From Octopus vulgaris (Eukaryota), in NCBI GenBank assembly GCA_951406725.2, contig OX597816.1:2108001-2172000 (forward strand): a stretch of DNA of 64,000 nt, read 5' to 3'. Below, one piece after another: positions 1 through 12,708 of this stretch (position 1 is its first letter; the number at the start of each line of letters is the position of its first letter). A model generated the notes under the pieces. The model was not told the origin of the DNA, made no database searches, and worked only from the letters and a program-made list of their open reading frames with translations. A program made the translations under genes and the position numbers.

Positions 1-54
1 ATAATTTATCTTAATTTACCAGTTTTTTTAAATCTTATACCAGTAACATGTATT

Positions 55-260
55 TGTTGCAACATTTTTGTTCAAATATCCTAATTTTCTTTCTGTTTTG
101 AAAATAATGAATTTAGTAACATAACTGTTACATTAAGTTGATGTTTAAAACATAAACAAGAGATGTTGATAGAAGGTTTTTAAATCTAGATCACTTAAAA
201 AACTGTGCATTTCCATCATAGAACTGGGGGAGGTTTCGGGTGGGTTGGTATCAAAGGCTT
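55..260. mobile_element. Decayed copy of the ~220 bp TTAA/piggyBac-type MITE
   Basis: Shares the internal motifs 'ttttgaaaataatgaa', 'tagatcactt' and the end 'gggttggtatcaaagg' with copies at 7838, 37320, 43527 and 60333. Confidence 0.55.
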
Positions 261-304
261 TATTTATTCAATTGTTTATTTACTATCATTTCTCTATTTT
301 GCAG

Positions 305-355
305 ATATGAAGATACATCTTCAGGACAAATTTGTACCAGCCCTGCATATCATGT
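305..355 (+). CDS. Candidate internal exon of an unidentified host gene (YEDTSSGQICTSPAYH)
   Basis: Acceptor 'tttctctattttgcag' and donor 'gtaagt'; 51 nt, phase 2/2, open frame. Confidence 0.55.
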
Positions 356-1110
356 GTAAGTATTTCATTTCTGTTTTTTTTTTCCCAAGCTTTTGATATT
401 ACAAGTTGTGATATTGCTTTTCAGGATTTGAAAAATTTTTTACTCAATTGTTAAACCGCTTTGGTGTTTAAACGAATGAACAAAGTTTCATGAAATTTAC
501 AATTTTGTTCTCATATATTTCTCTTTTGATATAACCAAAAAAACAAAAAAAAAAATAAAACATGGGTGTGGCAAATATCAGGTTTATAATTACGAATTCA
601 ATTATCTTTTATAAAATATTATTTCAATAATGACACATACAACTTATTAATGGAATGGTTCTTGTTCTCATATATCTATGTACATATTGTGGATTCTCTT
701 GTTGATTTTGATGTATGAGAGGCCAAAAGCCAACTGTTAGACTATATACACACACAGATGACTTGTTTTTAGTGGCAAATCTTTGAAATGCTGATAGCAG
801 AAAGTTGGTGCAAACTCAATGAGTAACATATCCTTAGTGGGTGAGTGGGTAGTATAGAGGTGACTAGCAAATGATGGTATGAAATATAGGAGAGGCTTGG
901 AGGCAGGGGTTGCAGTGAGGTATTGACAGGGAACAACACAGAGGTGAAAAAGCACAGAAAGGTGGTGATTGGTGGAGACAGTGGGCAGGGGAAGGTAATG
1001 AAATATTGGTTTGTGGGGGGAGGTGGGGGTTCAAGGCAAATGAGAAGGCAGGAGGATGTAGTATGGTACCTCCTCTATTTTCAGATGATAGAGAAATGAT
1101 GATGGTGAAA

Positions 1111-1142
<32 letters not shown>

Positions 1143-1289
1143 GAGGGAAGATAGGCAGGTCAGAGAGGATGGGGTGGAACAGAGGCCCTCATGGACGAGC
1201 ATTACCACAGCGGGGTTTAGGATATTAATTCTGCTGTGGTGGATGGGTCTTCTGGAGTACAGCAAAGCACCAGATAGCTTGGTCGTTTG

Positions 1290-3090
1290 TTGCCTCCATC
1301 ACAAGGTTCAGTATCTTGAGACCAGCATCCCATACTTCATTCCATGACTTCCTGAATCTCCTCTTCCTGACGTTCTTCCATCTATTTTAAGTGATCAACA
1401 CTCTTATGCCTAACTCTTCTCTCAGTCACTAGCGCTTTGTCACATTTGTTGTCAATGACATTGCTCATCCCAGGGAGTATACTAACTTGATTTCTCTATA
1501 GTCTTTGCTTGTCCTCGGCATTTAGGGCTCACGTTTCACTACCATATAACATTGCTGTTTGTACACTTGTATCATACAGTCATCTTTTCACCCAGAGAGA
1601 GAGAGAGAGAGAGGAAGACCTTTGGTTGCTTACAGAGATAAAAGCACTCTGAATTTTCTCCATCCTATTCTTATTCTAGCAATTAAGTTTTCTGTACATC
1701 CTCCTCTACTGCTAATTAGAGCCTCTAGATAGCAGAAATTATTCACTACTTCTAGAGAGCCTCTGGGGAATTTGACAAAATTAATTCCCTAGATATCTTT
1801 AGACTTTATGGCTCCTATGCATCTCCCACATACAAACACTACTTTCTCTGATAACTTGCCTATTATTCCACTGCACCTTTTGTATGTCCATAGCTAGCAC
1901 TGGGTACACCATATGGAATTCCTGTCTGCATCTTTCCTACATATCAAGCAGAGCCATTTACCTGAAGGTGGGTAGGGTCTTGTCTGTTTTCTTGCTTACC
2001 AAGACCTTAATCTTTGCCAAGGCTTTTCGATTCCAGGTTTTGCTTTGACACCTGGAATTTCTTTTCTAGTTCTGATGAATGCCTACCTACATATTAAATT
2101 CATCACTGCACTCATGGTTAACTCTCACCTTACTGACTGAACATGACATGTACAGCTCTCACAAGTCACTCGTCTCAGAGCCGACCATATCACAGAGCAG
2201 GGTACTTTATTGAAGGCTTTCTTCAAGTCAACAACTGTCAAGTACAAAGGTTTATTCTTAGCCAAATACTTCTGCAGTTGTCTGACTATAAAGATAATAC
2301 CAGTAGTGCTTGGCCCTAGCACAAAGCCAAACTGCATTTTATCTAATCTGAGTTTTGTTCCTAATTAATCTTGCTGTAAATTTCATGACCTGGTCCAGTA
2401 ATTTGATATCTTTGTAAGCTGACTATAATGCTACTACACCGGTCATTAGGGATGACACCTTCCTGATTATCTTGAATTACTATATGGGTGACCACACCAT
2501 ATCCCTCTCTGCCAGTAACTCCCAGGGAATTTCCATGTCTTCATATTCTTAACAGCCTTATCACTCATACTGCTGTCAACTCAAATAGTTGGTCTTTCTG
2601 TTTGATTTATGTAGGGGAGGCTCTCTTTCTTCCATTTGTTCTCTACATTTAAAAAGCTTTTCATAATAGCACTTCTTTGCCTCTTTCTGTTCAGAGTCAC
2701 TAAATGTAAGCTTACCATTACCCATTCACACACTTTTCTCTGCCACAACATTTCAATTCTCTCTGAAACACTGTCTAGCAATCCAGAACACCTTCAGTTT
2801 CTGATCTTCATGCTGTTAAGCATTGGCAAACCTCTTTCTTTCTGCTTCTGCCCTTGCTAGATAAACCTGTTACCTAGCTTCCGTCTTAGCTACTTGATAT
2901 AGCTCTTTGCTCTCTTTCTTTCTCCAATCTTGCCAAGCTGGGGTTCCTTCTCTTTTATGGCCTTATTTACCTTTTGCTGTTCTACCACCGGGTCACTTTC
3001 AGTCTGGCAGGGACTTTGCCCCAGCCACAGATTTGGTTTGCAAACCTTCAAAAGATTGTCCTGTAAGAACTCCCAGTTGTCCTCTCTAAA
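1290..3090 (-). mobile_element. Decayed RTE-clade LINE fragment (RT region)
   Basis: ORF 2125-2337 (QFGFV..STTGIIFIVRQLQKYLAKNKPLYLTVVDLKKAFNKVP) matches the RT of the copy at 29610-32092; many stops and frameshifts. Confidence 0.85.
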
Positions 3091-3144
3091 TGAAAATTGT
3101 TTTTGTTACATCAATATTATTTAAGGTCTGTTTGACAGCTTGTT

Positions 3145-3184
<40 letters not shown>

Positions 3185-3309
3185 TTACCTAGATACATAA
3201 CAATTGTCAAGTATCTATATAAATTTTATTTTATACTACTCTTTCTTGTATTTTAAGTCTATTTTTTTTGTCTTAGTCTTCTCAATTGCAATTTGCAAAC
3301 TACCTATTT

Positions 3310-3475
3310 ACACACACGTGCAGGCTTCTTTCAGTTTCCCTCTACAATTTCACTCTCAAGGATTTGTTGATCCAGGGCTATAGAAGACACTTGCTCAAGG
3401 TGCCACACAGTGGAACTGGAGCTGGAACCATGTGGTTGGGTGCAATACCAGACAGTCATGAGCCATGTCTGCACC

Positions 3476-3478
<3 letters not shown>
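3310..3478 (-). mobile_element. tRNA-derived SINE head, decayed
   Basis: Reverse complement of the head seen at 25412 ('gaagacacttgctcaaggtgccacacagtgg...gaaccatgtggttgg'). Confidence 0.7.
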
Positions 3479-3550
<72 letters not shown>

Positions 3551-3559
3551 ATATCACAC

Positions 3560-4191
3560 ACTATGACTTCAACTGAAAATGCATTTAATTTGCTATTGGC
3601 CAGCTCAGCATTGCAGTTCCTCTACATGGCATGTCACTTCTCATTTCCTCAAGGAAACTATAATGAAGCTATTGTTAAGCTTCAGCCTTTTCACCTTTGG
3701 AACAGTGCAGTGACATTCAATTTGAGGTCTGGTATAGCTCTCAATTCCAAAGTTTGTGCCATCCTCTCCAGTATCTTCCACACTTTATCGCTTCATACCT
3801 CCAGGGAGTAGAGTCGTAACTATCTCTCAGTCTCTCCCAGTAGCTCAGCTGTTCCATTGATACATTCTTCTTCATGTAGTATTGGTGAACTGCTTCAAGT
3901 TCTGCTATTAATCCTACACTGTAAGGTGACCACAGTTGAGAGCAGTAGTCCAGACTGCCGAGAACAAATGTCCTCCATAGGACCGGCATAGTTTCCTGGT
4001 CCCTTGTTCTGAAGGTTCTCAGAATCCATTCAGCCAGTTACCTGTACACTGCCATCTTGGTGACATGCATGTGAAATGAGGCATTGTTGCTCATATCTAT
4101 CCCAAGATCATGCAGCATTTGTGATTCTAGGATTGCCCCTCCTTTTGTTCCAAAGTATTGTTGTTGTGACTTCTGAGCGCCAGTTAGCTGG

Positions 4192-4228
<37 letters not shown>

Positions 4229-5185
4229 GGATTTGCCTGTATTAAATTGCATGTTGTTGTTCTCTGCCCATTTATATATGGCATCTTGGTCTTTTTGCAG
4301 CAGATTAGCATCAGAAGGTTCCTTGATGGTTTGTACAACTTTTGTGTCGTTGGTATAGCTAGTAAATGTGGCTGTTTGTGTAACTGATGGCATGTCTGAA
4401 ATAGCCACCGTAAACAGCAGCGGCCACAATACAGTTCCATGAGGCACTCCACTTTCTATTAATGTCTCCATGGAGAGGGCTCCGTTGGCTGCTATAGCCT
4501 GGGTTTTGTCTTTTAAGAAGTCATGCAACAACTCTCTGATTTTCCCAGTTATGCTGAGTCTCTGTAGTTTGTGACATATCATCCCATGATCAACCTTATC
4601 AAAGACCGTTGCAAAGTTGTGATATATCACATCCACACTTGAGCAATTCATTAAATTGTTTCGACACCCAGTCATAGTGTTGCAAAGTGGTGCAAGGCAG
4701 CTTCTTTCTGAGCGAAAGCCATGCTGGGTGTCAGGAAGCAAGTCATTATCTTCAAGGAATGCAATTAGATTCTTCCTGACAATGAGCTCCATGACTTTGC
4801 TGACATGGGAAGTTAGAGAGAGACAGGTCTATTATTCTTAGCGTCTGCTCTGCTGTCCCCCTTATGGATAGGGCATATTATGCCTTCCTTTAACTTTTCT
4901 GGAAAGTCTCTCTGTTGTGAGGAAGCTCTAGAAGAGAATCTGAAGTTGTCTAGCTAGAGCCCCTCTGCATTTCTTTTGGAGGATTGCTGGGAATCCACCA
5001 GGGTCTGTTGCCGAGTTTGAGCTCATCTCATCAATGGCTGATATCACATCTGTTTTCTCTGTTATTGATGCTATCAATAATTGCCATCTTGTTGCATAGA
5101 TCTGTGGAGCCTAAGAACTCATCAGGCATAGCTACTTGCAACTGTCCCAGTGGAGTGGTGAAAGCACTCCTGTATTGCACATTCA
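3560..5185 (-). mobile_element. Decayed CR1-clade LINE (RT), interrupted by (TG)n
   Basis: ORFs 4184-4792 (QHGFRS..DKVDH..SGVPHGTVL) and 3741-3989 (LDYCSQLWSP..YWERL) are homologous to ORF 48363-49505. Confidence 0.9.
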
Positions 5186-5266
5186 GTATATATGTGTGTG
5201 TGTGTGTGTATATATATGATTTGAAAACACAACACCTAATAACCTAACGTTATATCTTTTTTCTAC

Positions 5267-5522
5267 CTCTCTGATGAGATTTTGCCTAATCATCATCATC
5301 ATCATCGTTTAACGTCCGTTCTCCATGCTAGCATGGGTTGGACGGTTTGACCGGGGATCTGGGAAGCCAGAAGGCTGCACCAGGCTCCAGTCTTATCTGG
5401 CAATGTTTCTACAGCTGGATGCCCTTCCTAACGCCAACCACTCCGTGAGTGTAGTGGGTGCTTTTTAATGATTTAATAATTGCTATTTTAGTCTTTAGAC
5501 TTAATTGAAACAGCTGTAAGAG
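5267..5522 (+). ncRNA. Hammerhead-ribozyme motif (type I, minimal helix III) split by an RTE-tail insertion
   Basis: ctct-CTGATGA-gatt...aatt-GAAA-cagctg-TA-agag. Stem I ctct/agag and palindromic acagctgt; RTE tail at ~5289-5466 sits in loop II. Confidence 0.6.
5289..5466 (-). mobile_element. RTE 3' tail / RTE-tailed short repeat
   Basis: (CAT)n-cgtttaacgtccg-ccatgctagcatggg signature, same as the 3' end of the RTE at ~32050-32092. Confidence 0.85.
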
Positions 5523-5598
5523 AATATGTTGGATTTTTGTAGCTAATAAATTTTTACTAAGTGCTATATCTCCATTTTCTTAATTTTCTTTTGAATGA

Positions 5599-5625
<27 letters not shown>

Positions 5626-5629
<4 letters not shown>

Positions 5630-6015
5630 ATGATGGCAATCCCTCAAGGTCGAGGACGATGGTCTTCACGCAAATTTACTGGTGAGTCTGTAGGTGACCG
5701 ATACGACCAATACTTGCTTGAAAAGATCAGTTGCAGTGCGGACATCTAGTGCCGGAAGGGAGAGTCGCACGTGGTTGTTGTTGGCGCTCCTTCCGTCGTC
5801 GTCTTTTCTCCTCCAGCTCTGCCGACCTTTTCGACTCGAAAGTCGCCGTTCCCTCATGGATGGTGGTTTTCCAGAGTGGTCTGTTTTTTGCCGTTTCCTC
5901 CCAGTTAGTGAAGTCGATGTCACACTTTTTGAGGTTCGTTTTCAGGGAGTCCTTGTAGCGTTTCTTCTGGCCTCCTTTTGTACGCTTGCCGTCTTTGAGT
6001 TGGGAGTATAAGATC
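5626..6015 (-). mobile_element. 3' end of a second, relatively young RTE-type LINE (C-terminus with C2H2-like finger)
   Basis: ORF 5727-6017 (LYSQLKDGKRTKGGQKKRYKDSLKTNLKKCDI..WEETAKNRPLW..CPHC); CpG-rich; ends in a (CAT)n tail. Confidence 0.85.
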
Positions 6016-6042
6016 AAAGGCCAACTAAGATATATGTATATA

Positions 6043-6257
6043 AATGCAAATAATCAGAAAATGGAGAAAACCTCAGATTAACCAACACATCGATTGGACC
6101 ACATTTATAGCTTATTTTTTAATACAAAGCATAACATAATAAAATAGGTGACCTATTTTGTTATGTCATGCTTTGTATTAAAAAATAAGCTATAAATGTG
6201 GTCCAATCGATGTGTTGGTTAATCTGAGGTTTTCTCCATTTTCTGATTATTTGCATT
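6043..6257. repeat. Near-perfect ~107 bp-arm palindrome centred at 6150
   Basis: aatgcaaataatcagaaaatggagaaaacctcag...aaaataggt-g-acctatttt...ctgaggttttctccattttctgattatttgcatt; about two mismatches. Confidence 0.95.
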
Positions 6258-6414
6258 GGTTCCTGATAAATTCTTGTTTATCCAGTTGTTACCTGCACTC
6301 CTATGCCCGGGGATATGGGTAATGGATACCGATAGTATATACGGATATTTTATCCCTTACTCGGTTATTATAACTTCTATCTCTCTTTACACTATATATA
6401 TATATATATATATA

Positions 6415-6720
6415 TCATCATCATCATCATCATTTAACGTCCGTTTTCCGCGCTAGCACGGGTTGGACGGTTTGACCGGGGTCTGGGAAGCCAGGGGCTG
6501 CACCAGGCTCCAGTCTGATCTGGCAGTGTTTCTACAGCTGGATGCCCTTCCTAACGACAACCACTCCGTGAGTGTAGTGGGTGCTTTTTACGTGTCACCT
6601 GCACAGGTGCCAGGGGGGTCCGGCATCGGCCATGATCGGTTGGAGCCTTTAACGTGCCACCGGCACGGAAGCCAGCCAAGGCGGCGCTGGCAACGGCCAC
6701 GTTCGGATGGTGCTTTTTAT
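6415..6720 (-). mobile_element. RTE 3' tail with internal ~60 bp subrepeats
   Basis: (CAT)n-tttaacgtccgttttcc and repeated 'gtgcttttt(a)cgtgccaccggcac'. Confidence 0.85.
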
Positions 6721-7255
6721 ATATATAGAAAGAAAATGGGGAGTCAGTTATGGATGCTTATTTTATTTGTATCATGTTAAGCACAATAAAAAATATAGCA
6801 AATAAATGAATACAAATAAAAATTTAAAGGAACATAGTTTTAAAATAAGCATTAAGAGGCCTACACATGTTTCAATCTAGTTGCTTGGCAAACAGTACTT
6901 TGGATCTGCAGGACTCGAACCAAGTTAAGAGTTGTTGTCTCCATATTTAACCAAACTGGACCAGATCTCATCAGGACTTTCTGTTGAAAAAGACCGTATG
7001 TTTACATATTTTTTGGAATATATATAACATATGGTATAATTATATACAGGGCAAATTTTAGCCATTTCTTCACAGACTGAAAAAAAAAAATGATGAACAG
7101 CCTTAATCAATTTTTTAACCTTGGGTTTTCATCAGAGGCCTCCAGAGAAACATGCATCCTAACTGTTTATATACTCAACAAATGCAGCAGTTGCTCTATG
7201 AAGGAGTATCTAATTTGCATATCGAAAGTGTTTAACACTCCATAAATACCAGTGG

Positions 7256-7302
<47 letters not shown>

Positions 7303-7837
7303 CATGTGTGTGCCTCTGTTTAGATTTGTGCTCTATGAAAGGTGCAAATGGTGGTGTTGTCCCTTTTCCAGTCAACAAATCATTTGGTTGCTTTGCATCT
7401 TTGAAGACGTGAAATAAGAAATCCCTCACTTGAAAAACCAGTTATGATTAGTGAGAGGAGGAAGGGCACCTCGTTGTAGAGAACAATGCCTCTGTAATCT
7501 AGTCTCCAGCCAAGTGGTGGTCTGCCCTCAGGTAGGTCCTGTGCATGTGAACCTTCTGCAGTACTCTCTATATGATCAGGGAGGGCCCATAGCCCCCACC
7601 CCAGCCCACCACCACTGTTAAGTAGATTACTGGAATTTTGGCTACCATTATTAGACTGGGGATGAATACTGGAATGGTTTCCTGATGCCTTCTCTGTAAT
7701 ATATCTAACCCATGCTAGCATGGAAAAATGGTTATCAAATGTCTGAGTAACATATACACCCACTCTTACTCTTTCTTTCCTCTATTTTCCTTTAATTTCA
7801 AAAGATGTGCTTTATAATGGACATGATTTCAGAGCGT

Positions 7838-8062
7838 AACCATTTTGATACCAACCTACCTGAAGCCACTTCTTGTTCAATGATGCAAACTTCCTCTTTT
7901 AAAGTGATCTAAATTAAAACCATCTATCAAAATTTCATATTAATCTATGTTCTTTATACCAGCCTAATAATGGCAGTTATTTTACTAAATTCTTCGTTAT
8001 TTATTAAATCATTTGAAATGCAGGAAGTGTATCTCAATAGAAATATGGTAACAAAAGGGTTT
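7838..8062. mobile_element. TTAA/piggyBac-type MITE
   Basis: Terminal inverted repeats 'aaccattttgatacca' and 'tggtaacaaaagggtt'. Confidence 0.65.
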
Positions 8063-8499
8063 GTTATGCTTCTAGCACGGCCGGGACAAAAACTCCAAAT
8101 CATTTGATACCATTCTCAAGTTTTGGTGTAGCAACTTAAAAATAGTTTGTGAGACTGACTTATAGCTTGTATTATTGAAGGGAGTATATTGACTCTAATG
8201 AAACACATTGATTGGAATTGTAATGAAAAAAACAAAAAAAAAACTGCATTGCTTTTCTTAACCAATATATAGATATATATTATTGCTGTTCCAGTGAAAG
8301 TATATATTCATTAAAATGGGGAAAAAAAAAAAAAAAAAAAAAAATGCAATTTGATTTCCTTTTTATTTGAGGTCTGTGCAAAAGTATACTGATGATAGCT
8401 TGTTTATCTGTCCACATTTGTTAAAGCATAAGATTGCATATTTTCTTAGGTTTCTGTAACACAGAATTTGTTTGCAAAATTAAATTCCTTAACTTCCAG

Positions 8500-8570
8500 A
8501 GTTGAAGGGTCAGAAGTTATTGAATCTGAAATTGTATCATTTCAAGTCTGTCATAAGGATAATTTAAAAA
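8500..8570 (+). CDS. Candidate exon (VEGSEVIESEIVSFQVCHKDNLK)
   Basis: Acceptor 'ttccttaacttccag' (alternative 'ttttcttag' at 8449) and donor 'gtaagg'. Its phase-2 start joins exon 305-355 in frame: ...SPAYHV-VEGSEV. Confidence 0.5.
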
Positions 8571-10475
8571 GTAAGGTCTATAGCTTGTTGCCCTTCCCAA
8601 TGCTAACCACTTCACTGAGTGTATTGGGTACTTTTTTTGTGACACCTGTACTAGTGAGGTTGTTAAGTAACTTGCAAGACAAACAGATTAGATGAGGTTG
8701 TAGTAGAGAGGAAGGCAGCTTTATGCTAGGTGGAAAAAGGCTAAAGTATGATAGACGGACAGGTACAGGTGTCTTGCTGTAGAGAAGGTATGTCTACCCT
8801 ACATTATATAAGGGTGGATGGAGAGGTAGCTGGAAAGTAGACAGCGATGAAGTGCCAGTGTATACTTTCAAGACAGAAGAGGACGAGTATGAGAGAGAAT
8901 GCAGGTAAAGAAAGGGCGGAGGGTAAGTTCAGTAGAGTGTGAGAAGGGATTGATGGGTCTAGAGAGGAATGTAGTGAGTGGGACAAGGATGGAGATATGG
9001 TGGATGGTATCAGTATATAATGGGGGTGGGGGAGGCATATGAAGAGAGGAGACAGAGGGATCCGGAATACCTTATAAAAAGACACAAACTTAATCTCTCT
9101 GACAAAAGAATGGAGTAGTGTTGGATTTCTGCAAGACTTTATTGTAAAATGTTAAAATTTTAATATTTTCCTGGTTAAATAATCAGATATTTGTATATAG
9201 GTTAATATTTAGTAATCTTTGTTTTTTAATGAGTTCCATGTAGCCAGGAACAAATAACTTCTATGAAATGATATTCTAATCTCAAGCAAAACTTCAGCCT
9301 GTCATTGATTCAATAAGCCATGATTGTAGTGTTTGAGAAAGGTCGAGAATGAACTTGCTGAAAGTTGTCTCCAATTAGCAACAGTGGCCTTCAGTGGAGG
9401 CTTCAGAGAGCTACGTTTGTCTATTGAATTGATAATAGGTGGCGACTTGAAATACTTGTTGATGATATAAGAGGGTTGAGAGAGAGAGAGAGACACACAC
9501 ACACACACACACACGGTTAATGCATATGCACTTCAGGTATAAAAATATATTTCTCTAGTAGACTTAACTGTGTTTCTAGTCTGTATAAAAAGGCAATTGA
9601 CTGGAATGAAGTTTAGGGGTGTAAATAATGTTGGCTGTTTTGGAAGTTTTATTGACTTTGGAATGGAGCTGACAAGATTTTGTAAATAGGAGTTAAGTGT
9701 TAGATGAGAGGCATTTAGAGAGGTTTTTTATATTTGATTTACTGCTCTGGGGAAGAACAGATTTGGTGTTAGCCTTCTTAGAGAAGGGTGAGTGTGGAAT
9801 GTATAGGAGAACCTATTGTTCTCATATAATCGTGAAACATTTTGGTTTTGACAACAGAAATCAGATTTATATTTAAGAAGTTTTATAGTGTTTTATTATT
9901 GGAGAATAAAGATTTTACACACTGAATGTGTAAGGTATAGGGAGGTGGTTATAGAAAGAGTAAAATGGGCTTTGTTTAAGAGTATATGTCATTATCATTT
10001 TAACACCTACTTTTCTATGCTTGTATAGATCAGATGAGAGTATGTTGGGGTAGAGTTTTCTAGGGCTGGATACCCTTCTGTTGCTAACCCTCACTTGTTT
10101 ATAAAAGGACTTTGGATATGTTGAGAAGGAAACATATGAAAGAGGAAGATAAGCAGACAATTACGGATGTAAGAAATGTAGTTATGTGACGTTTCTTATA
10201 TTTTACAGTATGTAAATAAATTTTTATAACCATTTCAAATATTCAGTGAATGGTTGGTATTATAATGCATATTATGCAAAACAGGTTTACATTATGAGGC
10301 AATATTACACAAAGACATATTAGCAAATGTTATCAACTCATGAATCTTGAAACACGAGTATCTTCATACAATTAAACCCTGAATATCTTCTTTTGAAGGA
10401 CAAATGACTAATGCACTTATTCAAGCATTAACTTGGTGTGCTTACCTTTTTGACTGTGCACTAGTTTCTTCTCAC

Positions 10476-10526
<51 letters not shown>

Positions 10527-11119
10527 CACACACACACACAATGGGATTCTTTCAGTTTGTCTACCAGATGCATTCACAAGGCTTTGGACGGCCTGGGGCT
10601 CAAGTAGAAGACACTAGTCCAAGGTACCATTTCTGTGCATGCACACACACAATAGACATGTTAGTAACATAAGTTGTAGTACTGTAGTAAAGATATTTTT
10701 TAAAATTTTCTTTTCGATGTGTGAAAAGCATTCCTATGTATTTGCCTTCCAATAACTAAAAGTGGTGAAGTAGACCCACAAGGACTAATTTTTTATGCAA
10801 TTTGATCTAGTAATAATCTACATGTGACATCTCATCATAAAAGTAACTATTTTACTATGAGTTGCTTCTTTCTTCAGTCTCAATGTGTCATATGAAGAGA
10901 TGGTTATCAAATTATGGGGTATTGATTTTTGGCAAGAGGTAACAAATTATGGAATATTGATTTTAATAATGTCCAGTAGTGAATGATAGAAAACCTAAAT
11001 TGAAAACTGGTTTAATATCTCAATTGATTTATTTTGGCAAATCAATATAATTAAGGGAAAAAGTTGGAACTGAAATGGTTTTATACGGGTGAGGTGAACA
11101 CTTTTTTTTTGTATATACT

Positions 11120-11405
11120 TAAACTGATTATAATAATAATTGTATGTTATCAAACTGATTATGATAATATTTGTATATAATTAACCTAATGATAATATTT
11201 GTATACAAACTGATTATAACAATACTTGCATGTAATTAAACCAATGATAATAATATTGGTATAATTAAAAATTGGTAATATTTTTACTTAATTAATTGAA
11301 TGATGATAATATTTGTTTATAATTAAACTGATGATGGTAATAAGTGTATATAACCTATAGGTGCTAATAGTAAGTATATCATTAAACCGATAATAAATTT
11401 ATATC
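11120..11405. repeat. AT-rich minisatellite, ~30 bp unit, roughly 8-9 degenerate copies
   Basis: Recurring 'aaactgat(t)ataataatatttgtatataatt'. Confidence 0.8.
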
Positions 11406-11477
11406 TGGTTAGCTTGATGATAATCTTTTCTACCAAGATGCTTTCTTTCTCAATTCTTTTATTCTGCTCATTATAAG

Positions 11478-11553
11478 CAAATGATTTAATAGAAATCTGT
11501 TTGGCCAATGGGGAAGGAATTGATAGTTGTTTAAGCGATAGCAGTCAAAATAG
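11478..11553 (+). CDS. Weak candidate exon (NDLIEICLANGEGIDSCLSDSSQN)
   Basis: Phase-1 start is compatible with exon 8500-8570; acceptor 'cattataag' and donor 'AG|gtgtta' are both mediocre. Confidence 0.2.
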
Positions 11554-11611
11554 GTGTTAGAGTATCTTCAAATAGGTATGATATATGTGTGTGTGTGTGT
11601 GGGGGGGAGAT

Positions 11612-11990
11612 ATATGGTTAAGAAGTTTGCTTCCCAACCATATGGTTTCAGAGTTCAGTCCCACTTAATGGTACCTTGGGCAAGTGTCTTCTACTATAGT
11701 CAAGGTTAACCAAAGCCTTGTCAGTGAATTTGATAAACAGAACCTGGAAAAAGCCCATCCTGTTTGTTTGTGTGTACGCACGCACATATGTGTTGTGTAT
11801 TTTTGTGTCTCCTTGTCTTGCCATTGCATAATAGTTGTAAACAAGCTTCACCATGATGTAAGCAATGTCTTATTTCCAATCTTCAGTAAAATCTTGCCCA
11901 GCATGGAGGAATATCTTGCTTTGAAGCAGATGAGAGTTGATGACAGGAAGGGCATCCAAAGTTAGAAACTCTTCCTCAATGAATTCTGTG
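11612..11990 (+). mobile_element. tRNA-head SINE with RTE-type 3' part
   Basis: Head 'ggttaagaagtttgcttcccaacca...gttcagtcccact'; tail 'gacaggaagggcatcc'. Confidence 0.7.
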
Positions 11991-12489
11991 GATAATAAAA
12001 TACTCTGCTGATGCTGTACTGACATGAACATAATGACAAATAGTCAGCATCCATTATCGATGGCTTCAAATAACACATTTAAAAACAAACGTTTGAAAGA
12101 TAGTCCTTCTGTTTACAAAGCATAGATTCTAATGAAACAAGAAGGTAGTAAAATAGATTAAATTAAATCCAAAATAAACGAACAAGTGAATGAATAAATA
12201 TGGATCTGTAAAAGTAATGCCTCAAAGCTACATTCTACTAAAATAACAATCTTATAGCTTTTGGGTGTAAGATGAAGACCTGCTGAAAACTAGATCTTGC
12301 AGTTTACTCTTTGGTTGATAAGTGGGTGTAACCTTCTTTTTTGGCTTTTAGAATATTAAAAAAAACACACAAAAAAAAACCCCAATTTATTTCATTATAT
12401 TTTTCTTTATAAAAGCAAAAAAGAAACAAAATTCAGTATTTTAGTCCATTTTTTTTTTGTTACTTTCTTTCCTATATCTATGTTCTCAA

Positions 12490-12708
12490 ATATGTTTGTG
12501 TGTCTGTTTGGCCCCCCCCCCCCAACATTGCTTGACAACTGATGTTTCTGTGTTTACATCCCTGTAACTTAGCAGTTTGGCAAAAGAGACTGATAGGATA
12601 AGTACAAGGCTTCCAAAGAATAAGTCTTGCGGTCGATTTGCTCATCTAAAGGCGGTGCTCCAGCATGGCCGCAGTCAAATGACTGAAACAAATAAGAGTA
12701 ACGAGAGT
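12490..12708 (+). mobile_element. 3' half of a tRNA-derived SINE with CR1-type tail
   Basis: 'aaaggcggtgctccagcatggccgcagtcaaatgactgaaac' as in 25412-25811. Confidence 0.85.

Noticed and set aside
6260-6345. Hammerhead in the tail of the 6043 palindrome
   Set aside because: Both boxes deviate (CTGATAA, GATA) and the stems do not abut the core.
6881-6995. Possible exon ending at 'gtatgt'
   Set aside because: All three frames contain a stop from the available acceptors.
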